This document shows positions 9,872-20,573 of a DNA stretch of 64,000 bases, one piece after another. Positions within the stretch are counted from its first letter, which is position 1, and each line of letters starts with the position of its first letter. The translations under genes and the position numbers were made by a program. Source of the DNA: a virus; the IMG/VR virus record IMGVR_UViG_3300032665_000006, positions 69,478-133,477 of that record; one strand, given 5' to 3'. A model generated the notes under the pieces. The model saw only the letters and a program-made list of their open reading frames with translations, was not told where the DNA came from and made no database searches.

Positions 9872-11515
9872 TTAAATATCTCCTAATAGTATATTATTTA
9901 GTGATAATACTTTAGCAAACTCTGATTCTAACCAATTAAAATCATTGATTAACCCTAATGCTTCTAAGTCACCACTATTTGTTTTGCCATAATTGTAACC
10001 AGCAATAGCACCTTTAATAGCCCATTCTCCGTAAGGTTTGTATTTGCCCTCTGAACACCAAACTTTAAGTCGTTTTTGACTTTCCCGGGATAGTTGTCGT
10101 TTCATAATGCCCCCACTTAGTTTAGCACATTCTCTGAACGCACTACGCCAAGTATTAAATTCACTGGTATTAAACGCAGTAACATTACTAATTCTATCCA
10201 TAATTTTAAATTTTTTGCTAATACTAGTAGTCATATCAGTATTAGATGGATCTGCTAATAACATTAATTCTTTAGGGATTAATTTAACTCCGCCATAGCC
10301 GTATTCTAGATTATTGACAGGATTTATACTACGCCAAACATGAACACAGTCACGATCAAACAAATTAGGTTGGAATGTAAAATCCCATTCTTCCATTAAC
10401 CAAGCATCACCGTCTACAACATAAAACATATCGGTAGTTACTAATTCGGCGGCACACTTGTGAGCGTTAACAATTCCGTTAACTCCATCTACACGAAATG
10501 CTTGCGGAACTTTTTCTAAAACACGTTGCCAATTATCTTCAGCATTGGGTTCGTTATAACTTATAAACACAACATCTAATTGCTCAGGCAAATCAACTTT
10601 AATTTTTCCTACTACTTTAACACCTTTTGATTCGTGCGGGATAATTTTAGCAGCCCAAATTTCCTCGTAACTGTTAACTAATGTATCGTCGACAAGCCAG
10701 ATATGTTCATAATTTAAATCATAGTAAGGAATTTTATCTTCTATTGTGTAATTTAATTCAGGCAATGCTGGGTTATAAACTATCTTAGGTTTAACATATC
10801 CCATATCTTTTACAGGCTTAACACCACCGCCTCGAACTTTTAATTTAATGGCCCATACTCTATCGAGCGTAGGATTAAACTGATTATCTAAGTACCATAC
10901 ACATTCGTACTTTAAATCATACCATTGCATCTTATAATCAAAGTTATAATCTATTTTGGGAATATCGCGGTTATAAATAGTTCTAATTAACACATCGAGT
11001 GTCAGATAGCCCATATCCTTTGTACCCGATACTCCAAAGTCCGTTGCTTGAGCTTTTAATGCCCATACTTTATCGGGGGTGGGATTAAACTCAGGATCGA
11101 TATACCAAACTAATTGATATTTTAAGTCACTTAAATTCAATGTAGTAGAGGTTGGGTCATTAATAAACGGAATAGAACTATCTATGTCCGGATTTCTTTC
11201 CCATGTAATATTAATGTCATCTAGTGTTATAGTATAGAATCGTTTGATAGTCTGCCAAGATTTAGTAAAGTATTTTACTATCCACTGGCCTTGGCAATTC
11301 CACACGGTTGAATATTCATTTTGATATTTTTCCAAATCTATTTTTTCAAATAAACCCAAATGACTAAATTCTGGATTAATAACAATAAACTCATCTCGGC
11401 CTTGCCCTAGTTCGTATAAAGCATTGTTATAATCTAAGGAAATACCTTTCCATTCTACTTTTTCTACTTCTTCTTTAGGTACTATATAAACATTAATCAT
11501 TTTTGTATAAGCCAA
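9872..11515 (-). CDS. repeat-containing protein with C-terminal glycosyltransferase-like domain
   Basis: DVVFISYNE...VVDGD (DxD); three to four N-terminal internal repeats. Confidence 0.6.
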   Translation of the reverse strand: MAYTKMINVYIVPKEEVEKVEWKGISLDYNNALYELGQGRDEFIVINPEFSHLGLFEKIDLEKYQNEYSTVWNCQGQWIVKYFTKSWQTIKRFYTITLDDINITWERNPDIDSSIPFINDPTSTTLNLSDLKYQLVWYIDPEFNPTPDKVWALKAQATDFGVSGTKDMGYLTLDVLIRTIYNRDIPKIDYNFDYKMQWYDLKYECVWYLDNQFNPTLDRVWAIKLKVRGGGVKPVKDMGYVKPKIVYNPALPELNYTIEDKIPYYDLNYEHIWLVDDTLVNSYEEIWAAKIIPHESKGVKVVGKIKVDLPEQLDVVFISYNEPNAEDNWQRVLEKVPQAFRVDGVNGIVNAHKCAAELVTTDMFYVVDGDAWLMEEWDFTFQPNLFDRDCVHVWRSINPVNNLEYGYGGVKLIPKELMLLADPSNTDMTTSISKKFKIMDRISNVTAFNTSEFNTWRSAFRECAKLSGGIMKRQLSRESQKRLKVWCSEGKYKPYGEWAIKGAIAGYNYGKTNSGDLEALGLINDFNWLESEFAKVLSLNNILLGDI

Positions 11516-12447
11516 TCGTAGTATTCTTGAAATCCTTCTTCTATATCTATAGTAGGATAGTAGCCAAAGTCGCTCCGTGCTCGCATAGTGTTTAATTGAC
11601 CTCGAACTGGGAAGTTATTATCTCTAGATTTTACAATTACTGTGCCTTTACCTGCAATTTTAACAGCTAAATTTGCCGCATCTAACAAAGTACGTGATTG
11701 TCCGCGAGTGATATTATAAGTACCATTGAGTGTATTTTCACTTACAGCCGCCAATGCTATCCCTGTGGCCGCATCGTCGATAAAAGTAAAGTCTAAGGTA
11801 TCATCGATGCCGTTAACTATAAGTTCTCCGCCCTCGATAGCAGTAGTCAAATATTTACTGACTACTCTGTCAACTACATCATATGGTCCGTATATAGCAC
11901 TAGGGCGAATAATAGTATAATCCAAATTATATTGACGACTATAATCCTGTACTAGCCATTCGCCGGCTAATTTCATTATACCATATGCGCCAATAGGCCT
12001 ACAGTCGGCAGCTTCATCCATCCCATCAAAAAATTCGTGTTTACCAAAGTTTCCGTACACCATAGATGAACTTACATAAACAAACTTTTTAACTTTATGC
12101 TTAACACTTAGGTCTAATAAGTTAAGTAGCCCTTCGCTCATCACACGACTGCCCCATGTTGGGTTACTATTAACTACTTTTTGTCTAGGAAAGCTAGCTA
12201 AGTGTATTACAACATCTACACCTTCGAATATGCTATCATCAAAAGGTTTTTCAATGCTAGCAATACAAATATCACGAGTTTTAATGCGACACATACGCTC
12301 AAGCATTAAGTAATCTAATTCTGGTTGTGGAATAACGCCGTAAGTTGTTTTGTTATCGATAATAGCAACGTCGTGGCGGAAACTTTCGAGTACACGAACT
12401 ACATTGTGTCCTACGAAACCTAATCCACCGGTTACTAATATTTTCAT
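11497..12447 (-). CDS. NAD-dependent epimerase/dehydratase
   Basis: MKILVTGGLGFVG and YGIMK motifs. Confidence 0.9.
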   Translation of the reverse strand: MKILVTGGLGFVGHNVVRVLESFRHDVAIIDNKTTYGVIPQPELDYLMLERMCRIKTRDICIASIEKPFDDSIFEGVDVVIHLASFPRQKVVNSNPTWGSRVMSEGLLNLLDLSVKHKVKKFVYVSSSMVYGNFGKHEFFDGMDEAADCRPIGAYGIMKLAGEWLVQDYSRQYNLDYTIIRPSAIYGPYDVVDRVVSKYLTTAIEGGELIVNGIDDTLDFTFIDDAATGIALAAVSENTLNGTYNITRGQSRTLLDAANLAVKIAGKGTVIVKSRDNNFPVRGQLNTMRARSDFGYYPTIDIEEGFQEYYDWLIQK

Positions 12448-12658
12448 ACAAATAGTCCGTGAATGTAAATACCAACCATGATTAAGTTTAATATGATTAA
12501 AGAAGGCTCCTTCCATAAGAAACTTAACATAACCCATAGGCTAGCATTTAATAAACCTGAAAATTTATAGTAAGGAGCAACATCGTGTGCAGTTAACACT
12601 ACATGAGTAAGAGCAACAAAAGTAGCTAACCACTTTATATAAAAGTCTAAAGGTTTGT

Positions 12659-12997
12659 TTAAGAGTTTTTCCACTTGAGTGCCCAATAAGTTTGATCTTG
12701 CTCGGATAATCGAGCAATAATGTAATAGGTCCAACCAAAATTATAAGGATTCAACGCACGGTGCCAAAAAGGTTTTTCGACAGCGTGTTCCATAACCCAA
12801 CGGCCTGCTTCAGTCTCTTGCCATTCCCATATAGGTTGCGCTACATATAAATCTGGATCTTCGACATCGCCCATATTAATTTGATGAACCTTAACATCGG
12901 AAAACATTACAGTTTTGTCGCCAATAAGTTTCCATTCAGGTTCTTTGAATAGCTTGTCAGCTTCTTCGGATCGATTTGAATATTTTATGCCAGCCAT
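12659..12997 (-). CDS. hypothetical protein, FxLxW-ending family
   Basis: Ends QTYWALKW; promoter directly upstream. Confidence 0.6.
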   Translation of the reverse strand: MAGIKYSNRSEEADKLFKEPEWKLIGDKTVMFSDVKVHQINMGDVEDPDLYVAQPIWEWQETEAGRWVMEHAVEKPFWHRALNPYNFGWTYYIIARLSEQDQTYWALKWKNS

Positions 12998-13002
12998 ACT
13001 AT

Positions 13003-13031
13003 ATTATAGCATGGCTTATCTTACTTTACAA
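13003..13031 (-). promoter_or_regulatory. sigma70-like promoter
   Basis: TTGTAA-N17-TATAAT with extended TG. Confidence 0.55.
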
Positions 13032-13259
13032 GGAATTCGGTAACCATTGGAAAGATTGATTCCAAGGCAGCGGCACAGGCTTGTGCTACTTCTCTATGTT
13101 CCTTTTGAGTCTCTGGGCCAGAGCGTAATTCAATATGTTGTTTTGGTTAGCAGGATTGCTAACACGAGCGCAGTAAGCAACTAGCTCTTGAGCATTTACA
13201 ATGCCTTGTTCTGCTAGTTCCTTACTTGGCTGTGACGATGATACTAATGAGACTTTCAA
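13021..13259 (-). pseudogene. thyX: flavin-dependent thymidylate synthase with large internal deletion and frameshift
   Basis: TTG start gives ...AYCARVSNPANQNN; a second frame gives IELRSGPETQKEHREVAQAC...IFP; the RHR/SxR core is absent. Confidence 0.8.
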
Positions 13260-13558
13260 AGTTTTCCTAATAACTTATCTGTTTCGGGCTGAACTAAGGC
13301 AGCCACGCTTTTAATATCAACAACAAAGTCTACGTCTTTAATATCAGAGTCCATTTCAGAAAATGTTCTGGAAACTAATGACTCGATATCTTCAATTTGT
13401 AAACCTTGTTTGATAAGTGTATGTAAGTTAATTGTGCGTTGCTTACCATCATTTAACTTAATTACAATCTTTTTAATACATTCCAGTGGTACATCTGTTT
13501 TGTTTACTTCTTTAACAATAATTTCCCACTGGTCCAATAACTCATCAATTGGATGCAT
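13256..13558 (-). CDS. hypothetical protein
   Basis: ORF coupled to neighbours. Confidence 0.6.
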   Translation of the reverse strand: MHPIDELLDQWEIIVKEVNKTDVPLECIKKIVIKLNDGKQRTINLHTLIKQGLQIEDIESLVSRTFSEMDSDIKDVDFVVDIKSVAALVQPETDKLLGKL

Positions 13559-14298
13559 CGCTCACCGCGGCTTCTGCTTTAGGTGGACGGCCACGACGCT
13601 TAGGAGCTTCGGCTTGTGGAGGAGTCCAGGTAGCTTCACCTAAATTCACACCAGGAGTCATACGCTCGGCATCTTTTTTCATACGAGCAGCTTCGGCGAT
13701 CATAGAATTAGCTTCTACTTCCATGCGTTTGGCTTGTGCTAGCATATTAGCAGCGATTTGACGGTCACTTAAAACGCCATCTTGTGGGGCATTAAGATTG
13801 TTTGGCTCAACAAAGCGTGACTCTGCGGCTTGCTGTTTAGCAAGTTGTTCTTCTTTGTATTGAGCTTCGGCAGCACGTTTAACACTTGGATCAACCATAC
13901 CTCGTGAGGCATCATTTTGTTCCATTTTCTTACGAGCTTCGTCGCCTTTATTCATTTCGTTAACCATTTTGTTAAGTTCATCTAAACGAATAGTTGCGCC
14001 AGTTGCCGGGGTCATAATAACATCAGCAGTACGAATCTTTTTAATCATACGCTCGTTGTGTAATGTTTCGAGAATAGGACGACCATCTGGAAGCATAGAA
14101 CGATGTAAAGCATCGGCTAACTGATTAGCTTGCTGACCTACATCGCTTTCTACTACACGCTGGATAGCATCTTGCCAAGAAGCATTAAGAATCTCGGGAT
14201 AGATGACCAAGCACATATGATCTTCTTGTGGTACTTCGCGATACAATACTAAGACTTTGCGGTCTCCATTTTTTCCTACGTGTTTAATCTGTGCCATG
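13545..14298 (-). CDS. hypothetical protein with coiled coil and AT-hook-like KRRGRPPK
   Basis: GGAGGA SD before MAQIKH. Confidence 0.65.
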
Positions 14299-14547
14299 TT
14301 ATCCTCCTTGGACGCTATCAGACGATGCTGCGGTTGTATCTTCATCAGCAGTACCGTCGGCTTCGGCAGCTTCTTGTGCTGCTTTAGCTTTTGCTACTAC
14401 TGAATTTAGAAAAGCTGTGAGCTTGTCATAGACAGCTCCAACTTGTGTTAGTTCGGCTCCCTGGAATGCTCCGCGAGATGCCGCGAGATCTAAAATGTTG
14501 CGTACAGCATCTAGATCCGCTACTGTGATTTGATTTGTATTTTCCAT
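14299..14547 (-). CDS. small phage protein
   Basis: ILDLAASRGAF motif; TAAATA 5 nt upstream of ATG. Confidence 0.6.
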   Translation of the reverse strand: MENTNQITVADLDAVRNILDLAASRGAFQGAELTQVGAVYDKLTAFLNSVVAKAKAAQEAAEADGTADEDTTAASSDSVQGG

Positions 14548-14582
14548 ATAGATATTTAATAAAGATCCGCACCCACAAAAAA

Positions 14583-14609
14583 TAAAATGCCCCATTTATA
14601 GGGCATTTT
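14583..14609. terminator. intrinsic terminator
   Basis: aaaatgccc-cattta-tagggcatttt. Confidence 0.55.
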
Positions 14610-14796
14610 GGTAAAACTGAGAAGTGTTTTTACTTGTTTAACGCTAAGTTTAACCAAATTATTCCACCACTAACTAAGGCATTGAGATAATCTCCGCGGC
14701 CAAGACATTCAACAACATTAAGGCTTAACCAACCAATAACAAACCATGTAATTTTAGTTTGATTTACTAGATACCAAAATTTAAATTTTTCCATAA

Positions 14797-15297
14797 TTAA
14801 TCCAGTGGGAAAGGTGAAACAATAATGCGAGGCTCAATATACAATGGAGCTGCTTTTTTAGTCTTAGGATTTACACACAATACCCAAGTACCTTCTGCTG
14901 ACGCAGGGCTATACAATCCATTCGGATCTGCTTGCGGTATAGCAGCAACGCCATGGGCGTAATCGCTAATACGCTGTGGGTTAGTATATTGTGTAGCATA
15001 AGGTAATCCAAACCCAACAGAGTCACATAGTTTATGACGATTGCCATTTAAGTCTACAATGTAAGTAGTAGTTGGCGTATTTTGATCACGCAACTCGATG
15101 ATGTCTTTCATCATACGCTTTTCTGCAAAGTTAGTAATAGCAGGGAAGCCAACTGACTCCACACCTTGTTTGCTTAATTCTTCTTGTTTACGACGCTCAA
15201 TCTGTGTTGAGGTTGGATTATCATCGCAAGCTGTTAGCAAACATGACAAACCTAAAATGGCAATAAATGGTGCTACTGTAAAGATTTTATTTTTCAT
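14797..15297 (-). CDS. putative lipoprotein
   Basis: LTAC lipobox after a hydrophobic segment. Confidence 0.65.
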   Translation of the reverse strand: MKNKIFTVAPFIAILGLSCLLTACDDNPTSTQIERRKQEELSKQGVESVGFPAITNFAEKRMMKDIIELRDQNTPTTTYIVDLNGNRHKLCDSVGFGLPYATQYTNPQRISDYAHGVAAIPQADPNGLYSPASAEGTWVLCVNPKTKKAAPLYIEPRIIVSPFPLD

Positions 15298-15635
15298 TAT
15301 TGTTTTCCTGATCTTAAATCGTTATAAAAGTTACGCAAATTTGGCGGCATCTTATCTTCTGGATACACACTAAAGCGATGTAATACAATGGCACGAACAG
15401 CATCTTTATGTTCTTTATCTGCGTTAACATATTCCAACTGTAAGTTTTCCAAATCACGAATCATACCATCGTTGTACTGTTCAGATTGTTTGAACACTTG
15501 ATTATCCACAGCGCGATATTTAGGCGCAAAGAATTTATATGACTCGTACCCGCCATAACTTAATCCAAAAACTACCAATACAAATAATACAATGCCAATA
15601 ATACTTGAAAATACTAATTCAAAAAAATCCTTCAT
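15297..15635 (-). CDS. membrane-anchored protein paired with the lipoprotein
   Basis: N-terminal TM helix. Confidence 0.6.
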   Translation of the reverse strand: MKDFFELVFSSIIGIVLFVLVVFGLSYGGYESYKFFAPKYRAVDNQVFKQSEQYNDGMIRDLENLQLEYVNADKEHKDAVRAIVLHRFSVYPEDKMPPNLRNFYNDLRSGKQ

Positions 15636-15792
15636 TCTGTTTCCTTTCTTCCTTCCTTCCAACTAGCACCAAAGCATATTGCTAGTACAAATAACCACCC
15701 GCTACCATCTTTATAATAATAAAGATAACTTGCGCCACCTAATAACGCAAGATTATACAATGCTACAATTAAAAATTCCAAAGTTCTGTTCA

Positions 15793-16242
15793 TTAAAATG
15801 GTGCCTCTTCATCTTCTTCTTTGTTGCCAAACTTCAATAAGTCCCATATTTTTTTCTGTTCTTCTTTTTTCTGTTTAGCTTCATCCTCTCGGCGTCTGCG
15901 TTCAACATATTTTTCAATTGCTGCCTTGCGTTTTTTATCGTTAGTTAATCCAATAGCATCGTCTGTAATATAAACAAACTCCATACCTTGTAAAAAGTAT
16001 CTAGCTTCTTCGATGGTACCAGTAAACACAGCCGCATTTCGCGACCAGCAAGGATGATGATTATCTACAGGAGTTAAACTAATATTATCGCCCGACATTT
16101 CGTCAATCCATGTACCTGTCCAAGACGCTGTAGAATGAGAATACGCTGTAGTATGATTCTCTGGTTCGCGAATCTTTAGCCCTAATTTAGCGGCTAATTC
16201 TTCTAAGCGTCGAATACGCTCTATGGTTGCCCAGCCAGTCAT
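15793..16242 (-). CDS. hypothetical protein
   Basis: ORF in operon. Confidence 0.55.
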   Translation of the reverse strand: MTGWATIERIRRLEELAAKLGLKIREPENHTTAYSHSTASWTGTWIDEMSGDNISLTPVDNHHPCWSRNAAVFTGTIEEARYFLQGMEFVYITDDAIGLTNDKKRKAAIEKYVERRRREDEAKQKKEEQKKIWDLLKFGNKEEDEEAPF

Positions 16243-16484
16243 TGTTTTTCCTTTAACATATCCCACATTAATGTAGGATCAGTTTTTGGCACAACTGCTA
16301 TAGCCTTAACCCACCCTTTTTCAACAGCCCAGACAATATTATCAGCAATATGCTTTGGGCAACGGTCTGTAACTTCGATGCTAGCACGATTAGCTAAAGT
16401 ATAAGGGCCGTTTAGTTGAAAACTAGGATCACCTTTGCGTAAGGTTACCCAAGGAGTGTCACCGACAGTAAAGTTTATGGACAT
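16239..16484 (-). CDS. hypothetical protein
   Basis: ORF in operon. Confidence 0.55.
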   Translation of the reverse strand: MSINFTVGDTPWVTLRKGDPSFQLNGPYTLANRASIEVTDRCPKHIADNIVWAVEKGWVKAIAVVPKTDPTLMWDMLKEKQ

Positions 16485-16811
16485 AGTTTTACAATCTCTT
16501 CAGCACTACGACCAGTCTTGACCAACTCTAATCTACATTCTTTAGAACTTTTCATTGCTAGGCCACCCCCTACCATCATAGCAACGATAACAAAACCGAT
16601 GCCTAGGAATAACCATTTTTCAAACTGTGTAATCATTGATTAGTTTCCTTGGGAGACAACCATACAGTAATATCAAATATTTTTAGTCCAATATACCAAG
16701 CACCTAGAACTTGTAACACAGTTTCGGTCGTTTCTTTGTAGTTAAACAAACAACCCCAATAAACAATGGTCAATCCTGCGCCTAATAAGATTCTTTTGGT
16801 CATATAATTCA

Positions 16812-18098
16812 TTAGTGACTCTTTTCTTCTTCGTAATAAGCATATTGGCCAAATGGCGGAACAATACTAGTAGTACCATGCATAATGAACACAGTATCAC
16901 AGTACAACTCATCGCCCCAACTACCGCATGGATATCCGTCTGTAAACATAATATGACGCTTAGGTTGGATATCATTTGCTTTAAAATAATCAAATACACA
17001 GTCAAAGTCTGTACCGCCGCCGCCTTGTACTTCGTAATCGCAGATAGTATCCAAGTTATCACTATCATACTGCTGTGGATTGTAAGTGTTAGTATCAAAA
17101 GTTACAATATGAATCTTGTATGCTGGAAAGGTATCCATAATACCTTGTACTTCTGCTAAGAAGTCTTTAAGCATCTTTTCGCAAATAGATCCTGATGCGT
17201 CAATGCTAATAGCAATATCAATCATAGGATCCAATTGCATACCTGGCATAACAGCATCCATATGCCAACCCCTGCGACTTGCTCGCATCCAAGTAAAGTC
17301 AGACTTAATGGTAGATTCAAGTTGCATACGCAACAATTCACGCCAGTCCATTTTAGGAGCTGTCATATCTTGAATCATACGGCGTATGCCTGCTGGCAAG
17401 TTACCAGCACCGTCTGATGCGGCCGCGGCCGCTAGTACAGCTTCTTTAATCTCATCACGAATTTGATCTCTTTCAGATTGCGACAATTTGGGACGACCTT
17501 TACCTGGTTGATCACCATTGCCACTACCACCTTCGCCGTCATCTTCGCCATCCAAATGGTCATCGAGCAATTTGTCGATGAGATCTTCCATGTTAATCTT
17601 TTCAGCATTTTCGTACAAGATATCGTAGACTTGTTCGTAGCTCATACCGTCGTATTTTGGATCATATAAACAAGGAACGGTAGTAATCTTTTCACCCACA
17701 CGATGTTTAATCAAGTCCTGATTAACGCAATAGTCCGCGGCAATGTTAGATAATGTTGGGTCTCGGTCGCCTCGTCTACCCATGTGGTCGTAAACACAAT
17801 GTAATACTTCGTGTCCAAATAAGAATTCAATTTCTTTTGGACGAAGCATTTCAATAAAGCGAGAATTGTAGTAAAAATTACGACCATCTGTGGCGGCTGT
17901 AGTACACCACTCGTCGGCATTGATTAACTTTAAACGAGTAGCTAAATTACCAAAGAAGCTAGCACGAAGCAATAAACCCACACGGGCAGTAATCAATTTT
18001 TCGCGAACTATAGCATCTAACTTAGGGTCCATTGGACCTAGCAAGTCTTTGTACTTGTCTTTTTCTTTAGTGTTTGCTGTAGTACCTGCTGTAGACAT
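16812..18098 (-). CDS. metallopeptidase-like plus vWA domain protein (DUF2201-like)
   Basis: TAATDG, HEVLH, DASGS MIDAS, GGGTDF, FTDGY. Confidence 0.85.
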   Translation of the reverse strand: MSTAGTTANTKEKDKYKDLLGPMDPKLDAIVREKLITARVGLLLRASFFGNLATRLKLINADEWCTTAATDGRNFYYNSRFIEMLRPKEIEFLFGHEVLHCVYDHMGRRGDRDPTLSNIAADYCVNQDLIKHRVGEKITTVPCLYDPKYDGMSYEQVYDILYENAEKINMEDLIDKLLDDHLDGEDDGEGGSGNGDQPGKGRPKLSQSERDQIRDEIKEAVLAAAAASDGAGNLPAGIRRMIQDMTAPKMDWRELLRMQLESTIKSDFTWMRASRRGWHMDAVMPGMQLDPMIDIAISIDASGSICEKMLKDFLAEVQGIMDTFPAYKIHIVTFDTNTYNPQQYDSDNLDTICDYEVQGGGGTDFDCVFDYFKANDIQPKRHIMFTDGYPCGSWGDELYCDTVFIMHGTTSIVPPFGQYAYYEEEKSH

Positions 18099-18127
18099 TC
18101 TGTATCCTTTTTATTAACTATACTACT

Positions 18128-18156
18128 ATTATACAATTATATGAATTCTTTGTCAA
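18128..18156 (-). promoter_or_regulatory. sigma70 consensus promoter
   Basis: TTGACA-N17-TATAAT. Confidence 0.8.
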
Positions 18157-18458
18157 CCAGTGTATTTTAGGGTAAAAAGTGCTAGTTCTGCGTCGGATTT
18201 GAAGTATAATCGCATTTCATTGTGTTCCGTGTGCCATGCCCACGAATTCAGTGTTTCTAAGCCCTTTTCACCCACACCTAATGTAATCCACTTACGTTCT
18301 ACTCCAGGGCCAAAGGTATCCCAACACCAGTTACGATACTCCATAAATTTTGCTACTCTGTTTTCGCTACCCCAAATATCAAGTGTGATTTCGACATGAT
18401 ACTTCATAATATTATAGCAAGTATGTCTTCGATCTAATTTGGTGACTTTATAATTCAT
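18153..18458 (-). CDS. FxLxW-ending small protein
   Basis: LYFKSDAELALFTLKY. Confidence 0.6.
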   Translation of the reverse strand: MNYKVTKLDRRHTCYNIMKYHVEITLDIWGSENRVAKFMEYRNWCWDTFGPGVERKWITLGVGEKGLETLNSWAWHTEHNEMRLYFKSDAELALFTLKYTG

Positions 18459-18651
18459 ACTACAGTATAATACAGATTGATTTTATTGTCAATAACGAAT
18501 CATTCTTATTGTAAATTCGAACTGGTCAATAATTACTAAAGTGTTTCGTAGGGTATAATATTGATAATAAGTGGTTAGCCAAACGATACCGCCGCTAGTT
18601 GTTCTTACAGGCGGCCACGCATATTTTATAGTATAAATGGTACCGTTAAGT

Positions 18652-18948
18652 TTAAATGAGCTGTTCATTCTCCGTTTGGACATTTATATATTTAAGTACA
18701 AACCAAGATAATGCTGATTCGTTATAAAAATCCAAGTGAATTTGATCTGAATAGCTGAATCTAGTTGAATCTTCGTACCAAGGGACTAATGCTTTATGAT
18801 GTCTAACTGTAAAACCAAGTTCTCTTTTAAGGCGCCAAGAAATAGCAAAAATATGCTCACCAAAATCTTTTTTAATTTGATCCCGAACATAGGACCAATC
18901 GTATGGCTCTTCAAATATTATTAAGTTAGGTTTAATTTGAATTTTCAT
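18652..18948 (-). CDS. FxLxW-ending small protein
   Basis: LDFYNESALSWFVLKY. Confidence 0.6.
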   Translation of the reverse strand: MKIQIKPNLIIFEEPYDWSYVRDQIKKDFGEHIFAISWRLKRELGFTVRHHKALVPWYEDSTRFSYSDQIHLDFYNESALSWFVLKYINVQTENEQLI

Positions 18949-19154
18949 TCTCTACCCTCTAACTGATCTAATGTTCGTTTGGCGTGCCAACCCATACGGC
19001 CTTCTACATCCATTCGTCTAATATCATCTAATGCTGTACGCATAATTTCGTTTTCTTCTTCTAACTTATAAACACGGTTGCGTAGGTTGCTGGCATCTGC
19101 CCATGACATAATCATAGATACTAACTTAGCAAATAACGCACTCCAATCTATCAT
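18945..19154 (-). CDS. hypothetical protein
   Basis: ATGA-coupled ORF. Confidence 0.5.
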   Translation of the reverse strand: MIDWSALFAKLVSMIMSWADASNLRNRVYKLEEENEIMRTALDDIRRMDVEGRMGWHAKRTLDQLEGRE

Positions 19155-19468
19155 TTTCCTTGATGTTTCAACATAAAAATAAGATACTTTTGTTCATCGG
19201 TAACTTCATTTTCCAAACTCATTTCTCCGTTAGGAGTTAATTTTAATTTAACACCATAGTTATCATTTAACCAAGAATAAAAATCAACTTGTGGGTGATC
19301 TGTAGTATCAAACTCCTTTTTAGCCGATACAATCTGCATCCAAATAGTTTTACTATCTCCGATAATAGTATCTATTCTTGCCGCCTGACTATTATAATAT
19401 TCGTCTTTAGCTGTATCGGGTAATTGCTGACTAAATTTTTTCAGTCTTTTTTGCCAATCGTTATTCAT
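19151..19468 (-). CDS. FxLxW-ending small protein
   Basis: DEQKYLIFMLKH. Confidence 0.55.
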   Translation of the reverse strand: MNNDWQKRLKKFSQQLPDTAKDEYYNSQAARIDTIIGDSKTIWMQIVSAKKEFDTTDHPQVDFYSWLNDNYGVKLKLTPNGEMSLENEVTDEQKYLIFMLKHQGK

Positions 19469-19862
19469 CTTTGGGCCATGGACTCGGCGTCCACCCTAAT
19501 TTTAATAAATCTTCGGCTACTTCTTCAGTAACAGTTCCTTCCGGTACATACTGCTTTATAGCCATTTGCTGTTCATCTTCTAAGTAGTCATAAGATGCTA
19601 CACCGCCTATTCCTGAACAGTACCAATCCATATAATCTTCAACTGCTATATCATTACGCAACTCGGCTACAATGCCGCCGGCACTACGCCAACTACAAGT
19701 CCAGTACTCATCATTAAGTACTGGCCAAACTTCTTGTGGCTGCCAGCGCATATTACATAATGCGGCATAGATATTTTGAGCGTAACGATTCTCTTTGATT
19801 TTTTCTATGAACCAAGGAGAATTTTTCATATCGTCTTCTAAATCTCGTTCCATTATACCCAC
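19461..19862 (-). CDS. hypothetical phage protein
   Basis: YAALCN, SWRSAGG, DYMDWYCSG motifs. Confidence 0.65.
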   Translation of the reverse strand: MGIMERDLEDDMKNSPWFIEKIKENRYAQNIYAALCNMRWQPQEVWPVLNDEYWTCSWRSAGGIVAELRNDIAVEDYMDWYCSGIGGVASYDYLEDEQQMAIKQYVPEGTVTEEVAEDLLKLGWTPSPWPKDE

Positions 19863-20062
19863 CGTAACATAAACATCGTGGCTTCGGAGCCGTCAATAAA
19901 ATACCAAGATTGTAGTTCTCCAACAGGAGGTGTTGTAGCCCAACGGTCATCTAAATTCTCCATACACCATTGTTGCATCTCAAAACTTTTTTCTAGTGAT
20001 TCAACTTTAGTATCAATTTTATGTTGAAAGTCCCGCCAACTATAGCTGTATTCTTCGCTCAT
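19853..20062 (-). CDS. FxLxW-ending small protein
   Basis: WYFIDGSEATMFMLRWV. Confidence 0.6.
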   Translation of the reverse strand: MSEEYSYSWRDFQHKIDTKVESLEKSFEMQQWCMENLDDRWATTPPVGELQSWYFIDGSEATMFMLRWV

Positions 20063-20304
20063 GGTCCCCAGCGCATTAAAAAGTTAATACGATCAAAGTC
20101 AGTATCAAACTGTAATACCATACCTTGTTGATGTTCGATACCCCGCGGCAAACGCTCGTTCATCCAGTTTAGTATTTCCCGTTCGTTATCGGCCCACCAA
20201 TTATAATCTACAATCATTAGTCCTGGTAAAGGACTAGCTGGGCTATTCGCTAATTGAAATCTACTTGTTTTTAATATAGCTGGGGTACCAGGGCGATTAA
20301 TCAT
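20059..20304 (-). CDS. FxLxW-ending small protein
   Basis: LQFDTDFDRINFLMRWGP. Confidence 0.6.
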   Translation of the reverse strand: MINRPGTPAILKTSRFQLANSPASPLPGLMIVDYNWWADNEREILNWMNERLPRGIEHQQGMVLQFDTDFDRINFLMRWGP

Positions 20305-20573
20305 TCTCCAAATTTCCTTGCTTTCAATTTAATCCAAGTAAATTCTTTTGGATCTACTTCACCCCAAGAAGTATTACCACGAGGAGCCTTTACTAGTGTA
20401 ACTCCGTTGGCATTTTCCAGCCAAACCCTAATAGCATCTTTAAAAGCAAAATCGTGAATAGCATGATTCATACGACCGCCTTGCGCCGGACTACAATCGG
20501 TAAGCATATAATAGCCACCACCTGGACGACCTAATACACTAATATTTTCGGGAATTTCATAATAGTAATTCAT
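20301..20573 (-). CDS. small hypothetical protein
   Basis: DPKEFTWIKLKA end. Confidence 0.55.
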   Translation of the reverse strand: MNYYYEIPENISVLGRPGGGYYMLTDCSPAQGGRMNHAIHDFAFKDAIRVWLENANGVTLVKAPRGNTSWGEVDPKEFTWIKLKARKFGE

